Source of the DNA: Cercozoa sp. M6MM
Taxonomy: Eukaryota; Protista; Endomyxa: Ascetosporea
NCBI GenBank assembly: GCA_040357565.1
Contig: JBDODJ010000042.1
Reading direction: 5' to 3' (one strand)
DNA length: 64,000 nt
Numbering within the stretch: position 1 is the stretch's first letter; the number at the start of each line of letters is the position of its first letter. The notes beneath the pieces were generated by a model. It worked only from the letters and a program-made list of their open reading frames with translations, ran no database searches and had not been told where the DNA came from. Of this stretch, positions 25,810-39,399 are shown one piece after another. A program made the translations under genes and the position numbers.

Positions 25810-27569
25810 ATGGAATGTCCTTCCTACTCAGTGCGCCATGGGGTGAGATTTGATCTCGCGGGGATGTTGTTTTTTCAAATGTGATTTGTTGGTTTTCTCA
25901 GGCACGCGCGATCACAGCACTCGCATGTCAGCCCGATGAAGTAGGTGTGCTTGAACTAGATATCTGCACGACGTTAATTAACAGGTCGTGTGTGTGCAGC
26001 TAGCTTCCTGATCGGCACGTACTCGTTCGACACGGACCGCGCGAACGAGTTGCATTTGCTGAAGCTCTCAGAGAGTGAGCTCACGCGCGAGCAGGTCTGG
26101 AAATTAGCGTTGCCGTTTAAAGTTTTGGCGGCACATCCGCGTCCTGTCAGTAGGTACCCAGCTTTCTGCTTTTGGTTGTTTTGCTTTGTTCCGAAGTTTC
26201 TGCATCTTGTTTTCTCGCTTTGATTTTTCGAGATAAAAAGCGATTTTTGAGAAGGGTTTTCGCCGGGATCGATTCGCAGGGCGTTGCAAAGTTGTTCGAT
26301 GCCAGTGAAAATGAATTACTTACGATTTGCGAGCTTTCACCGCATGCGCGGTGTTGCCGATGGCTTGCTTTCGACGGCGATGATGCATTCCTCCTCGTGA
26401 GTTGCGACACCGATATTCGCGTGTTTCGAGTGCTTCACGACGAAACAAGCGTTGCAAAGGCCGAGTTGTGTGCCACTGTGCCAGCGAGGGCACAAGTTAC
26501 GGCGCTTGCGGTGCACTACAATGCTGGCAAGCAGCAATTGCGCGTTGTGGCAGCTTTGGACAACAAGACAATCCAAATCACTGATCTCTCTGTGAAAAGC
26601 GATCCAATCTCGCAGCAAGTTGAGTTGACTGTCGAAACAACGCGCACGATCTCAACTGGACGTGTCGTATGCGTGGAAGTCTCGCTGCGTGGTCTCTTGC
26701 TCACAGGCGATGTGCATGGGCGGGTCAGAATCTGGCGTGAAAATACGAAGAATTCTGCCTTCGACTGTGTGAATGAGTTGACGCACGACGGAATGGTTCT
26801 TTGTATTCGCTGTCACACGCAGCATGGTGCACAGGTGTAAGCTTCTCTTTATGTTGTTTATTGAGTTTTTGACGAACAAGTTTGTTTGCAAAGTTTCAAT
26901 GCAGAGTTATCATTTTTTATAAGAACATGTCTGTTTGCAAGTTTAACCCAGTTTGTACGTAGAGTTGCTGTTTCGACGAGTGCAGACGAAGCAGTGCATA
27001 TGTGGACGCTCCCACGACTGGATTTGGAACATCAAGAGTCGAAAAGTACGATACGATTTATTTCTTTAGAACAAGCTATTGTAGCCGTCCTAAGTTTGAG
27101 CGATTGCAGATGTTGACAATGTCTTGCGCAAGCATGGCGTTTCGCTTGACGATGAGCCGCATGGTAACCATTCGTGTTTTGTTTCGATCGATATTGCACT
27201 TTGAAACATGCAGACGACAGCGGGCATGTTTTGACCCAAAAACGCGTTCTTACGCTGCAGAAGGAGCATGCGGTACTGCTTTTGTTGTATTTTGTTGTTG
27301 CCGTTCAGGCTAAACTGTACACTTGTGCGATATATTAATTCATCACTTACAAATGCTCTCTGTGTTATGTATATATATTTATATATATGTCCATCACATT
27401 ACCGATCTCCATTATATCTGTACATTCTCGGCAGGACGCCGTGAGGTACATTGACTGGGCGTGCGGTGACAGCGCTTCACCGTGGTCGCTCGCCTCACTC
27501 AGCATCGACGGTCGGCTTGTCATCAGCACGGTGCCTCCCGACGTCAAGTACGACGTTCTGCTGCAATAG
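25810..27569 (+). CDS. EIPR1: WD40 protein EIPR1/TSSC1-like
   Basis: ARAITA..FLIGTYS..NELHLL at the N-terminus; DAVRYIDW..PWSLASLSIDGRLVISTVPPDVKYDVLL at the C-terminus. Confidence 0.8.
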
Positions 27570-27804
27570 ACCGTTATTTAAGTAAAGTTACAGTCCCGGT
27601 GCAGCGCTGTACGAGATAACTTTTCTTTGGCCTCTCTCAATTCATGAAAAACTGGCCCGGATCGGACAGCCGAAATCGCCACATGAGCCGTTTAGGCGTC
27701 TTAACCACTTTTTCGCTTACAATTCACAAGGGCGCGTCGGCTGCCGGGCTCTATCTCTTGCCTGAATCGAGTCAAGCCTGTCTTTTTTGCCTTTTTTCTC
27801 GCTG

Positions 27805-28357
27805 ATGTCGCGACCAGAGCGACTCGAAGGTGGCGCTCAGCATAATCCGTTCCTCCTCGCGAAAGAAGAGGCGCCGCGAAAGCCAAAACGAGAAGAGGAA
27901 GACGTGCCTGATCCCGACGATGGTACCAGCGTTTCTCTGCGTTCCTGGCAGGCCGATTCATGTTGATAATTTCTGGCAGTGCTCGCAAAGCTCGCCGCCT
28001 TCCTGCCACGGATGAAACAGTCGAACGAAGATCTCGAGCGACGAATGAAACAAGGCGAAGGTGCGCGCTTCTTTGCTAAAGTTTCATGTGGCGTCGTTTC
28101 ACGTTTTCGGATGGACTGCAGATGTGTCGATGGAGGTGACAGGAGAGGAACCGCACGTGCGCATGGACTTTGCACTCAAACCACTCGAAAACGAGGCCGA
28201 GGAACGTGAGTTTGACGCAGTCTGCGAGGACGCCTCTCAGACGCGATCACGTGCTGACAAGCAAGGCCAAGCTGAGACCGCCGAGGCGCTGCAGCGTTTC
28301 TCTCGTGTGGCCGAGCGTTTCTGCACACCGGAAGACTCTGCTGACGGCTCAAATTGA
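27805..28357 (+). CDS. NOPCHAP1/DUF4598-like protein
   Basis: VLAKLAAFLPRMKQSNEDLE..DVSMEVTGEEPHVRMDFAL matches the family pattern L..FLP.M..AN..LE...I.M.L.L. Confidence 0.65.
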
Positions 28358-28769
28358 TTTCATCCGTGACTTGTGTCCACGACAACCAACTACTACTGGC
28401 AGAAGAAGAACACTGTACTCAAAGTAGAACGCGACGGAAAGAAGTGATCGTGCCATGTGCTGAGTGCCAAAGTGATCCTCAATTTTAGCAATCAGCCGAT
28501 CAATGGCGATCAGTCCACTGTGGCACGGCCACTTCGACTCGACCCGGGCCGATCTTTGAGCCACACTACCCGCTGGTGTTCTACACAACGACTCACGCCT
28601 TTAGTGGCGCCACTTAGCACACTGCGTGCATACCAACACTTGGGGCTCTGGGAGACGCGCGTCGTGAAACCTGGGATAATCCTTTTGTGGTGTCTTTTTT
28701 GAGTTATGACTGACGAGCATGTACCTTCCTTTTCTTGTGTTCTTGTTTCGCTTTGAATCTGACTCTGTC

Positions 28770-29552
28770 ATGCAGGACGAGGTCGCGCTCGTGCGTCTCG
28801 ATGCTCCCGGCAGTGCGCCTGCTCCAAACGCGCTCACGATCGACTTCGGCACTGCTGCTTGTAAATTCCGTTTATCTCAACTCAGCTCACTCGATTCAAC
28901 TAAACTGGAATGACTTTTGATGCAACTGCAGACCCGTCGGTGCTGGACCCTGCCGAGGCTGGACTCACAGTACGGCACTACGACAAGACGCTCGATCTGC
29001 GTCGGCCCTCGTTCCGCGATCTGCGACAGCACTTGACTGAAGTCTTTGACCAGGACGAAGAGCAAGGCGAAAATGCTGATGGGTGTGTGACCTTACTTCA
29101 ACACTGGCATTGTTTTAACGTTGAAGTCATGGCTGAAACAATGTGTCTGCAGAAAAGATGAGCCGTTCATGTTGTCCCGTCAGGATACTCTGACTGAGGG
29201 CGATGTCCAAACAGCTGTGTGTTTGCGCGTTTGAAGTGTTCGTGAGGTCTCATTAATTTTGTATGCGTTAGGGCGGCAAGTTTGGCACCTGGGACGGCGT
29301 CTTTGCTTCCTGTATGCTTAATTTGTTCCTGAAACGGTACCCTTGAGAATGTTTGACAGGCCTGTTAAACATCTTTGGCGTCATCATGTTCCTTCGACTC
29401 GGCTGGGTGGTCGGCAAGGCCGGTTGGCTTTTGACGTTTGCGATCATTGCACTGGCTGTACTGGTGGTCACTCTGACCACCTTGTCGATGTCGGCGATTG
29501 CCACCAATGGCGGTGCGTTTCTGTGACTATATTATGCCCTATATATATATAT

Positions 29553-29605
<53 letters not shown>

Positions 29606-32600
29606 ATGTTTACAGAGGTGAAAGCCGGCGGTGCCTACTACCTGATCTCGCGCAGCGTTGGACCGCGTATTGGTACAGTTAAGTTTTAGCACGTGAAGTG
29701 AATAGTTAAAGGAGTATCATTGCAGGCGGTGCCATTGGTTTCCTCTTTGCGATCGGAAACTCCATCGCTGTGTCGATGTACGTGATTGGCTTCATGGAGA
29801 CACTTACCGAACAGATGGGTACTCTTTGTTTTCGATGTTACTTCGAGTCAACTTGTGCTTACAATTCAACTTGCGATTGTGTTCTCTCACAGGCGATCCA
29901 GTGATCACCAACAGCACCATCAATGAGATCCGTGTGCTGGGCATCTTGCTTGTGACGTTACTGCTCATCATGGCTCTCATCGGTGTCGGCTGGTACCTTG
30001 TCTCTTGTCTCGAGTTCACTTTTCGAAACTGACTTGTGTAGGGTCATTAAACTGCAACTCGTTTTGCTATTGCTACTGCTCGCATCAATCATGGCCTTCA
30101 TGATCGGCAGCTTTATCGGCCCGGACAAGGACAAGGGTTTCCTTGGCTGGGGTGATCTACAGCTCTCAAAGAATGCGGGTCCTTCCTGGTAAGTCTGAAA
30201 GTTTATTTCACCAAGTTTGGACTGAAAAACGCGTGGAGAAACGCTAAAGCCGGACAGTTATTATTGGAAAAGTAAGCTTGTTGTGGTCTCCAGGGATGCA
30301 GGCGACAAGAATGCGTCGAAGGAAACCTTCTTCTCGGTGTTTGCCGTGTTCTTCCCGGCAGTAACGGGTATCATGGCGGGTGCCAACATTAGCGGTGACC
30401 TGCGTGACCCGGGCCAGGCGATTCCCAAGGGCACGCTGTCGGCCATCTCGTTCTCGGCCGTGGTGTACGCTACCATGGCCTTTTTCATCGGCGCCGTGTG
30501 TCGTCGCATTGACTTGATCGACAACTACACCATCATGGCCAATGTGGCTGGCGGTACATCCTTGCTTTTTCTCTCCCCGACATGCTATCAACTTGCCTAT
30601 CGCACTGACACATGCTCACAGATGGCTCCTTCTTGATCTACGCGGTACAACTTTTTTATCTGGGCTACAAAGCCCGCTTCCTCAAGATTATGTCCTCCTA
30701 TGCACCAGGGCATCTATGCCGCCACGTTCTCGTCGGCGCTCGGTGCGCTCGTTGGCGCCCCTCGAGTGCTTAACACGTGCCTTTTGCATTTTTAATATTT
30801 TTCTCAAGTTTTATGTAATCTGTTTGGTTACACCTGAAACTTGTTTTAATGTGTGTGTTGCAGTGTGGCGAAGGACAACATTGTGCCGTGGCTACGTTTC
30901 TTCGCGAAAACTCGTCGCAATGGCGATCCGTAGCTTTTCTCGTTTCGAAACTGCGAACTGAAAGCTACTTTTTGTTTTATGGACCGTATATGTGTGTAGT
31001 GTGCGAGGCTACTTCCTGGCCTACTTTATTGCAGTTGCCTGCGTCGCGATTGGCGACCTGTACTGTTCTTTGTTGTTTTTTGTATTTGTGGTATCTTTTG
31101 TTTGTTGTGTAGAAACGCGGTTGCGCCGTTGATTTCAATGTTCTTCATGGGTACGTTTCTCAGTGCGAAAAAGATGGTAAACTGACCTTGTTACAGGCAC
31201 ATACGCCTTGGTGAACTTTTCGTGCTGGCAACTGAGTGTGTCCAAGTCGCCCGGCTGGTCAGTTTTTTTCAAATCACACACTTTCAAACTGCAATTGCTT
31301 GACTGGTTGACAACCGTTTTGTTAGGAGACCGAACTTCCGGTGGTTTAATCGATGGACAGCGTTGATCGGAATGCTCTTCTGCATTGTTATTATGTTCCT
31401 GCTGGACTGGGTCAGTTTTTCGCTTTTTCTGTTGAGTTTCTTTCAAGTCTGATCAGTTTTTTTTTTTTTTTTTTTTTTTTTGATTTAGTCATTTTTAATT
31501 TGCTTTGTTTGGTGCAGATCTACGCTATTATCGCCACCGCGATTGCCGTCGCTCTCTACGTACTTCCTCTTGCGTCCGCGGCTCGATCGCTTTCATCGGC
31601 TTACATCTATGTGTCAGTTCTACATCGACTACGTGGACCCGCCAGTGAACTGGGGCAACTCGATCGAGTCGTACCGCGAACTGGAGGTACAGGCGAAAAC
31701 TTGAAGCTGATCAACTGGCGGTATGAGACAATCTGGACAGGTGACGCGCCACTTGATCGGAATGGAGAAGTTCAAGGCACACACGAAAAAGTTCCGACCG
31801 AACTTTTTGGTATTTTGTACGTTTCTTTCGGGTGATATTTGTTGACTCGTATGGTTCAGGTCATGTCGGGTGCGCCTTCCGACCGTCCGTCACTGCTGGG
31901 CTTTGTACTTTATCCGGTTTCGTTTTTACCTGATATGTAATTTTGATTTTTATTTCCAAAGGTGAGCGGAGCCTTGTACAAGGCGCACGGTTTGATCATG
32001 TTCGGACACGTTTACGGACGCGATCAGCCAGGTATATTGTGATAAGACAGACGTGTTTGTTCGTGTTACTATGTGATTGTGCAGGCGAATTCGACTACCG
32101 AAAGCTCGTGCAGAGCACCGAGTTCCGCAGCAAGTGGGCTCAACGTCGGTAACTCTGCTGGAAGAAAGTACAGGTGAAACTGATGCTTTAATGTTTTGTT
32201 TGAGTTGTTCAGCTACCTGCGTCGCTGCACGGGCCGTGGCGAGGATGTGCTCGGCTTCTTGGACACCACGGTGGCCCCGACACTGCGTCAGGGTGCACAA
32301 GCGCTCTTCTCACTCTCGGGTCTGGGTTGCTTGCGTCCCAACACCTTTGTTCTGGTGAGGCAGCGAATTCTCTGAACAAGTATGTTCGTGTGTTGTCCTT
32401 TGATCAATCTCCTGTCTGCACTGCAGGGCTGGAAGAAGAACTGGCGCTCAGCGTCGCCCGAGGCTATCGATGTCAGTTTTGTCACAACAACTCGATTTTT
32501 TGTATATTCCACACAGAGACGAAACTATCGCTGTAGGACTACGTAAACACGTTGCGCGATGCGTTTGCTCGTGGTTTTGGCTGCATGCTTACTCGTGGTT

Positions 32601-32885
32601 TGGAGCAAATCGATGTACTTATCTCTTTTTTTGTATTTTCGCGCGTTTTTTCTTGTTTTCTTGTGTTTGGTCTCTTCGATTTGTCTTCTTGGTTTGTAGT
32701 GGCAATCTCCGCCAATTGAGAACTCTGAGGCGCGTCTGGATTGCTGGTACAGCTGAATTTGATTTTTTCAGTTTTTCAGTTCATTGTTTTCGATCCAGTT
32801 TTTTAATTGTCTATTTGAAGCGTGTTTGTAGGTGGCTGTTCGATGACGGTGGTCTGTCGCTGTTGGTACGTTTCCAGTTTGCTCT

Positions 32886-32933
<48 letters not shown>

Positions 32934-32943
32934 NNNNNNNNNN

Positions 32944-32994
<51 letters not shown>

Positions 32995-33875
32995 GATTGT
33001 TGCAAACAGATTCCGTGGCTGGTGTCGCGCGCGCAATATTTCCGAGGCATTATTGGACGCCGTCAGATGCGAGTGCGACTGTTTGTGATTGCTCAGAGCA
33101 GTGCAGACGTGCGTCCGGATTTGGTACGGTCCTTTCGAATGGTCAGAGGTCGGGTAAATGGTGTGTTGTGTGGGGTACAGTTGACGATCGGTCCGTTGCT
33201 GAAGCGCTTCCGACTTGGCTTTGACGAGCCCGAGATTGTCTTCCTCGATGATCACGAAGGCGAGAGCAGTAAGAAGCGACAGGGCGATGTGGAAATGCAC
33301 ACGCTGGACACGTACCATTCGCTGCGTGCCGATGTGACGCCGCTCAGCGAGGTATTCGACTTGCTTCTTTGTTTGTTTTTAGTATCAATTGGGTAGTTAC
33401 CGCGCGGTGATGTGGCGCGCAATTTGCTTCGCGTGTCGGAACTCATGCGTCTGCACTCGCATGTACCCTTTTTATACGATATAAATTGTAGTTGATGTCT
33501 GGGTGTGCGGCAGGATGCAACGATGTGCTTCGTGTCGATGCCGTTCCCGCGCATCGACGAGAGCGCCGTGGACTTCTTGGCGATCGCGCACACGCTGCTG
33601 CATGGCAGCGGGCACGCTGGACCACTGCGCTACAAGACCGAGGACGAGATCGTCAACCAAGGACTCTCGATTCGCATAAACGATGGCGAGCACGATGACC
33701 ATAGCGATGGCATCGGCAGCAACAACGACGAGCTCAACGAGCACGACGAGCTGCCCTGCATGCCGCCCACCATGTAGCCTCCTCTCTAGCATACATATGT
33801 CGGTATGTGTTACCTGGTGTCTGCAGTCTCATGCGTGGCAACGGCAAGAACGTGCTCACTTTCTACAGCGAATAG
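28770..33875 (+). CDS. SLC12 cation-chloride cotransporter (NKCC/NCC-like), about 30 introns
   Basis: [78 protein letters not shown]-like [35 protein letters not shown]. Start uncertain. Confidence 0.95.
29539..29601. repeat. (AT)n microsatellite, intronic
   Basis: Seen directly. Confidence 0.95.
32887..32991. repeat. (TG)n microsatellite with 10-N gap, intronic
   Basis: Seen directly. Confidence 0.95.
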
Positions 33876-33979
33876 TCTCAGGAGGTGCGCGCCCGTCTGC
33901 GCAAGGAACTGAATTCTGTCGTGTCGTCACAGGCGTAGTCCGTCTTGATTGACGTGATTGACTGCGCTGGTGTACGGTA

Positions 33980-34061
33980 TGGTAGTTGAGTCAGTTGAGT
34001 CTTCTAGGAAACCAACTCAGCGCAGTAGTTCCCCGCCCCTGCACCAGTCCGGGGTCGGGTG
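33980..34061 (-). mobile_element. Short non-LTR retroposon, copy B
   Basis: AGTTGAGTCTTCTAGGAAACCAACT..CCCCTGCACCAGTCCGGGG flanked by 12-bp TSD TGGTGTACGGTA (33968-33979, 34062-34073). Confidence 0.88.
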
Positions 34062-34203
34062 TGGTGTACGGTAAATGTCACTTACGACGCGAATTACGTG
34101 CTGCCGTACACCCGATCTACGCTAGTTAGTTAGTTCAGTCTAGTCAATGATTACGTACGCACAGTCGAGTAAAAAGTATCTGACCATGAACGGAACTTGA
34201 AAA

Positions 34204-36709
34204 CTAGTCCGATTGAGTTGAATGCAAAAGCTCCAGGCCTTTGAGCGTCTGCAGTACCAGAGAAGCATCCGCGTCAATGAAACATCATAGGAGAATCAAT
34301 AAAAAGAAGTGAACTGCAAACTAAGTTACCAAATCGAAAATAGGAGCTGTTTCTTTCTCAAGCAACGACAGCAGCGCTGCACGACGAAAGTGCGAAACGG
34401 CACGTGGGGCAACTTCCTGAGGGAAATTATTCCTTGGTGACCACCAAACAAAAAAATGAAAAAATACGGGTCGCGCTTTGGCCGCACGCAGCAGCGCAAG
34501 CGAAAGAACGAAGGAAACTGCGCTTTGCTGGCGCAGTTGGAGGTGCGACGCGATCTGTGCAAAAAAGCTCGGCCGCTTTGAGCCACCCATTAAGTTGAGC
34601 TGTGATTACCAAGTGCTGCGCAACGTCAATTCGCGTGAGTGCGTTGTCAAAGTCGCCTTCTGCAAAGAAGGAAAGTGTATTGTATGAATTGCAAACTTGA
34701 AAGAGTGTGTACCAACAGCGCTTTGCTCGTCAACAACGTGCGCAAGCGTGTAGTTTTCCAAACGAATGCGAAACGCACCGAATGACCTTGCCATCAAAGT
34801 CTGCAAAAAACCAGTTATTTGAATGAAAAGCGACTCCGGTGTGTCCACTAACTTTTACCTCAGCGCACAAAAGAAACAGTCATCGGACTTATCCGCGCGG
34901 AAAACGGTGCTCAAATATCTGGCTTTTTGCACCAGAGGAACCTGCAACCGTCCAATTTAAACTGTAAGTAACTAAAGTAAGTAAGAAATTCAGTTCATGA
35001 TCAGTTTACCAAAGAGTCTTGGTCGCTTGCATCTGTGACATCGGTGACGAAAGTTTCGAAATCCGCGTCACTGCACTTATTTTCATCTTCGGTGTCCTCG
35101 TAGACGAAATGAAGTGTTTTGAGCGCATTTTCGCTAACGCATTCGTTCATTTCGCCCTCAACTTCGTGCTCATGCAAAGCTTCCGAACCACTGTGCGGGG
35201 CAGCTTCCTGGCACAGTTCGATCAGAACTGTTGATTTGTGCGGTGGCATGAACGCCGCCAAGAGCAGTTCGTTTTCTGCAAGTAAAGGTTTCACCCTGCA
35301 ATTTTCAGTTTAGCTTATAGACAAACACACCAATGTTACAGACACGCTCCTGCCATTTCTCTCCTGCTTGTTGACAAGGTATCAGGTCAAAGCTCCAAGA
35401 AATGACAAAGAGATTTAGGGTAGATTTATTTAAATGACACTCGGCAGCGACAGAGAGAGCAACGAAACGATCGGCGACAGGAGAATCGAATTCGGCGCTT
35501 TTCTCGACAATCTCGTGCCAACTGAATTTCAGTATTTTTGACTCTTTCTCCTCCGTTTGCATTTGCAAGCTTTCATCCACGCCTTCTTGTTCCTCCTCTT
35601 GGTCTTCAGAAGCACTAGCTTTGGCGTGTGGCATGTTCAGTTCCTTGTTTTCGAAATCTTGCGCTTGAAAAGGTCGCATTGGCGACACTTCAGTGTGCTG
35701 ACTTGCAGTTGGGGGAGCCTAAGTCACAGAAAGTAATATGCGTATATTCATTGCTCTGTGTGAAGGCTCATGTCACTGATGGTTCCGAGAATGATGTGTA
35801 AGCAGAATAGATAGAAACGACATCGTCTTCGTGACTGCTGCGAAAACTGTCGTGGCTGACAGCACCGGTCGGAATGCTCTGTGAGCTCGCATTGACGAAG
35901 CTTTGCAGTTGGAAGATGTGCCGCATGAACTTGGCAATCTTTAGGCGCAGTTTAATTCCTGTATGGCCAACACAGAAGAGTTTAAAATGAAGTACTCTGG
36001 CCGTGTCATTCGGGTCTGTCAAAGGGAACTGGTCGGGTGTGTAAGCTGAAAAACTCGCAGTCAGGTACAGGTAGTGAGTCGCACTGGGACAAAAATCGTT
36101 GTACTTGCGAGCCAAGTTTGCCTTGCCGCGGCGTTCCCGTGTCGAAGCGCACCTTCCACGATACTGCGCAAATAGCGAAACTTAATATTTCCCCAATACA
36201 GAGAGACCAAAATTACGTTGCGTTGATGTTCTGCAGTGCGACCTGCGCCTCTTGCTTCGTACTGTTTGATTTGGTTGCAACTATGTTGTAGCACTCGTGG
36301 CCTATCTGAAGTTCAAAGCCGATGTCAAAAGGATGGAGCAGTGGGATGCGACGAGTTAAAGTAAAGCGTACCTGTCGGTGCAGTTGAGCGCATCGCTGGC
36401 AGCAGAAGAGCAGAAGCGATCGATTTATCCATGTCGGTGTGCCGCACCTGTAGTTTCATCTTGAACATTGAAGTTAATTTTTCTCCAATGCAACCACGTA
36501 CCGTCCACAGTCAAAGCAGTATGCGTTTGCGGGTTTCATAGCTACGCGAAGCAGACGTCGTTGCCACTAGGAAAAGGCACAACATATCTTTTTGAATCGA
36601 ATTCTGAGAGTTGCTGTACTTTGTGTAACTTTTTGGGATCAAGCTGGACCTTTGGCAACCGCCAAAGAGGCGCCACTTGCTCGCGCGTCGGTGGCACAAA
36701 CGTAGACAT
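34204..36709 (-). CDS. ArfGAP-domain protein with long C-terminal extension
   Basis: Spliced LLRVAMKPANAYCFDCGR|CGTPTWINRSLLLFCCQRCAQLHRQ (CX2CX17CX2CX4R), later HGNAAARQTWLA and IAKFMRHIF. Not visible in the ORF track; 3' end approximate. Confidence 0.75.
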
Positions 36710-36971
36710 CCCGCTGACGCAAGTTTGAGCTCCGCTATTGTCATTCCCGGTCACAGTCGAGCACTTTTTGGGGGTTTTTATAGCCGGCCAGAGTACGAAA
36801 GTCCGAAAGCACTCGACCGATGTGTTTTTGACAAGCAATGCCGCAACAAAACCGAAACGGCGTGTCGTGATTTTTGGTGCTGCATGAGTTTTAGCGAGGT
36901 GTCTGCTCTTTTTGTGCCTCACATCTGTTTGTTGGCAGTCAGTGGCGAACACCGGAAGGATCAGTGGCAAA

Positions 36972-38135
36972 ATGCACGTGCTTGTTTCCAGTGTCTGTGC
37001 TCTCGGTGCGGTGGCAACGTCAACTGAGGTACGACTGTTCATCCTCTAAATGTTCAACAGACTCAAATTCCCAGTTGTTCCAACTCAGGACGCGTCTAAT
37101 CTGCCACTGTGGCAGAAATGGACACTGAAGTGGCGCGTGCCGATGACAACTCCTCCCGTACCTCCAATCTCGCTCTCGAGTACTACGATGCCGCGACATA
37201 CGGCAGCTACTTTCACAAAGCGACCAAGTTGGCTTCCAGATTTCGAACCAACTTTACCTTGCACCCGTACCGTAGACCGGGTACCCTCAGATTTACTGAC
37301 CACTGACTGTAGGCATGGTAGTACTTTTATCGTAACTTGTGTTTTGAGCCAGGACACTGACACGGAGGCTTCAAGTTGCACTTGCGTGCTGCCAGAAACA
37401 TCACAAAAGCTGACAGAGTGGACGGAGGAGCAAATGATGTTTTTTATGTCGCAGTGTCCCTGCCGTGTATTTGAGCGACTCTTGGTGCTTTTGACTTTAG
37501 TTTTTCAGTTTCGATATTTTAATGCGATGAGTTCCGACACAGGTCAAATTTATTTTTCGTTTCGCTATTAGAGACTCAACGACGTGGATTCGGTCGAATT
37601 TGAGTCGGATGAGTCAAACGCAGTGCCCGACGACTCTGCAGAGGTGGCAGACAAGGCAACTGATACTGCAGACTTAAACCAATTGGATGCCGAGCGTATT
37701 GAGAGTTTTGGTGTCGTGCCTTTGCATTTGGTCCACAAGATCGGCGCTACTCTCGAACCGGACAAGAGTGACGGTACACACGGTAGTCGCGCCAGCAGCA
37801 AGGATGATCTCGACTCGCAGTGTCATCTCCTCGACTCTCCTCGGGCTCATTCCCTCAGCGAAGACTCCGACGATCAGCTTCCGGGGTCACCAACCGCCAG
37901 TGCAGAAAAGCAAAACCGCCAGGTCAACTGTTCACCATCTCAAGCTGAAGTCGAAGCCCAAGCTGTAATTTCGGCCACAGAGACAGCCAATGAGTCAGAC
38001 GAAATTGTCGAACGCGACGAAAACGATAAAAACACTACCACTGACAGCGCCAACCGTCGAAACGGAGTTACACAGATTGATCCGTCGCCTTGTCTGTCAG
38101 TTGCCGCGACGGTGTTTGCTTTCCTCTTATGCTAA
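36972..38135 (+). CDS. Hypothetical secreted / putative GPI-anchored acidic surface protein
   Basis: MHVLVSSVCALGAVATS N-terminus, D/E/S-rich body, hydrophobic C-terminus CLSVAATVFAFLLC*. Confidence 0.5.
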
Positions 38136-38183
38136 ACATCGACTTCAGTTGGAACTGAACTGACGGAACTGGTGTGCAGCGAT

Positions 38184-39070
38184 TTAGTGGTATCGTGATT
38201 TGGTTCGTTTCTGGACCTTGTGCGTCTCCCTGTAGACTTTAGTGATAATCTGTTCAATATTCGAGTCTTCGAGCTCTAAACCGACAACTTCCTTTTCTTT
38301 GAACACACCCTGTTGCAGCGCCAATAGAATCATGAGATTCTGGACACGGGGCACTATCGCTGTGATGGAGGAGAGATTACCGGAATCCTGAGCGTGCTCA
38401 CCATGTGATGCATGCGGCCGGCAGCTTTGCAAAGTGTTTCAATTTTCTGTTTACGCTCCAGGTCGAGTTGCTCTTGCGAGTATGCTTTCAATTGCTCTCT
38501 TAGTCTGTGCGTGCTTTCTCCAATTTCATTGAGATAACTCCGTCTCGACGAGAGGTTCCTGTCCGTTGTTATCGATATCTCTTCAAAAAGGGTCGAATAA
38601 AGCAACAGTACGTTGAACGTCTTGACGTCAGTCCTCTCCAGTGCTTTTGTAGAAGTACAGCGGATCCTGCGATTGGCAGTTGCAGACATGATGTTCAGTT
38701 TTGTAACAATTAAAAATCAGCGAGTACGTTGAAATCGATTCTCGGCTTCTTCCAGTTCTTTCAGTCGCCGCTGTACAAGAGCTCTCCTTCTCCCTCGAAA
38801 GCCACGGAAGTGTGCCTGTATTTTCGTTGCTTCGGCGTTCATGTAGTGCAGCTGTTTGCGCGCCAAATATCCACGAGCTCTTCGCTGAAGCACAATTGCC
38901 GCAGCATTTTCTTCCTCGACGTGCTCTTTCGCTTCTTGCAGCGCAATCGCGATGTCATCCTCCAGCGAGTCCGTTTTCAGTCGTTCCTTCACGAGGTCAA
39001 AAACGCACTGCGCAGCATGTTGGTTGGATTTTGCGCTAGCACGCTTAGAGCTTTTCGTGGCTGCCGGCAT
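38184..39070 (-). CDS. IQ-motif protein, SPATA17-like
   Basis: AIVLQRRARGYLAR, ATKIQAHFRGFRGR, RRSYLNEI, MHHMVSTLRIP|GVF. Confidence 0.7.
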
Positions 39071-39399
39071 ATCTGTGAAGAACAAAGAGGAACAGATCTA
39101 TCGTTCTGTTTTCTCGCTAAAGCGTCTCAAAGTGCTTACGATGTTCCTGAAATTATCGTTTCTCGCACATCAAACCGCAAGAAACGATCGTTTCAGTTCA
39201 GTCCAAGATGCTTCATGTAGACACTTGGAGAACGGTCTTACGGCCGCTCAACTATTATTACCAGCAGGCGGACCAACTGAGACGATGGAAGGAGACTCGG
39301 GTCGAACATGGCCTTCCTCTATGCTGTCGCCGGTAGCTCAAATTTTCACATTGTGATAAAGTGTGTTACAACAAAGTCGCTCGTTGCTTGGAGCAGGGC

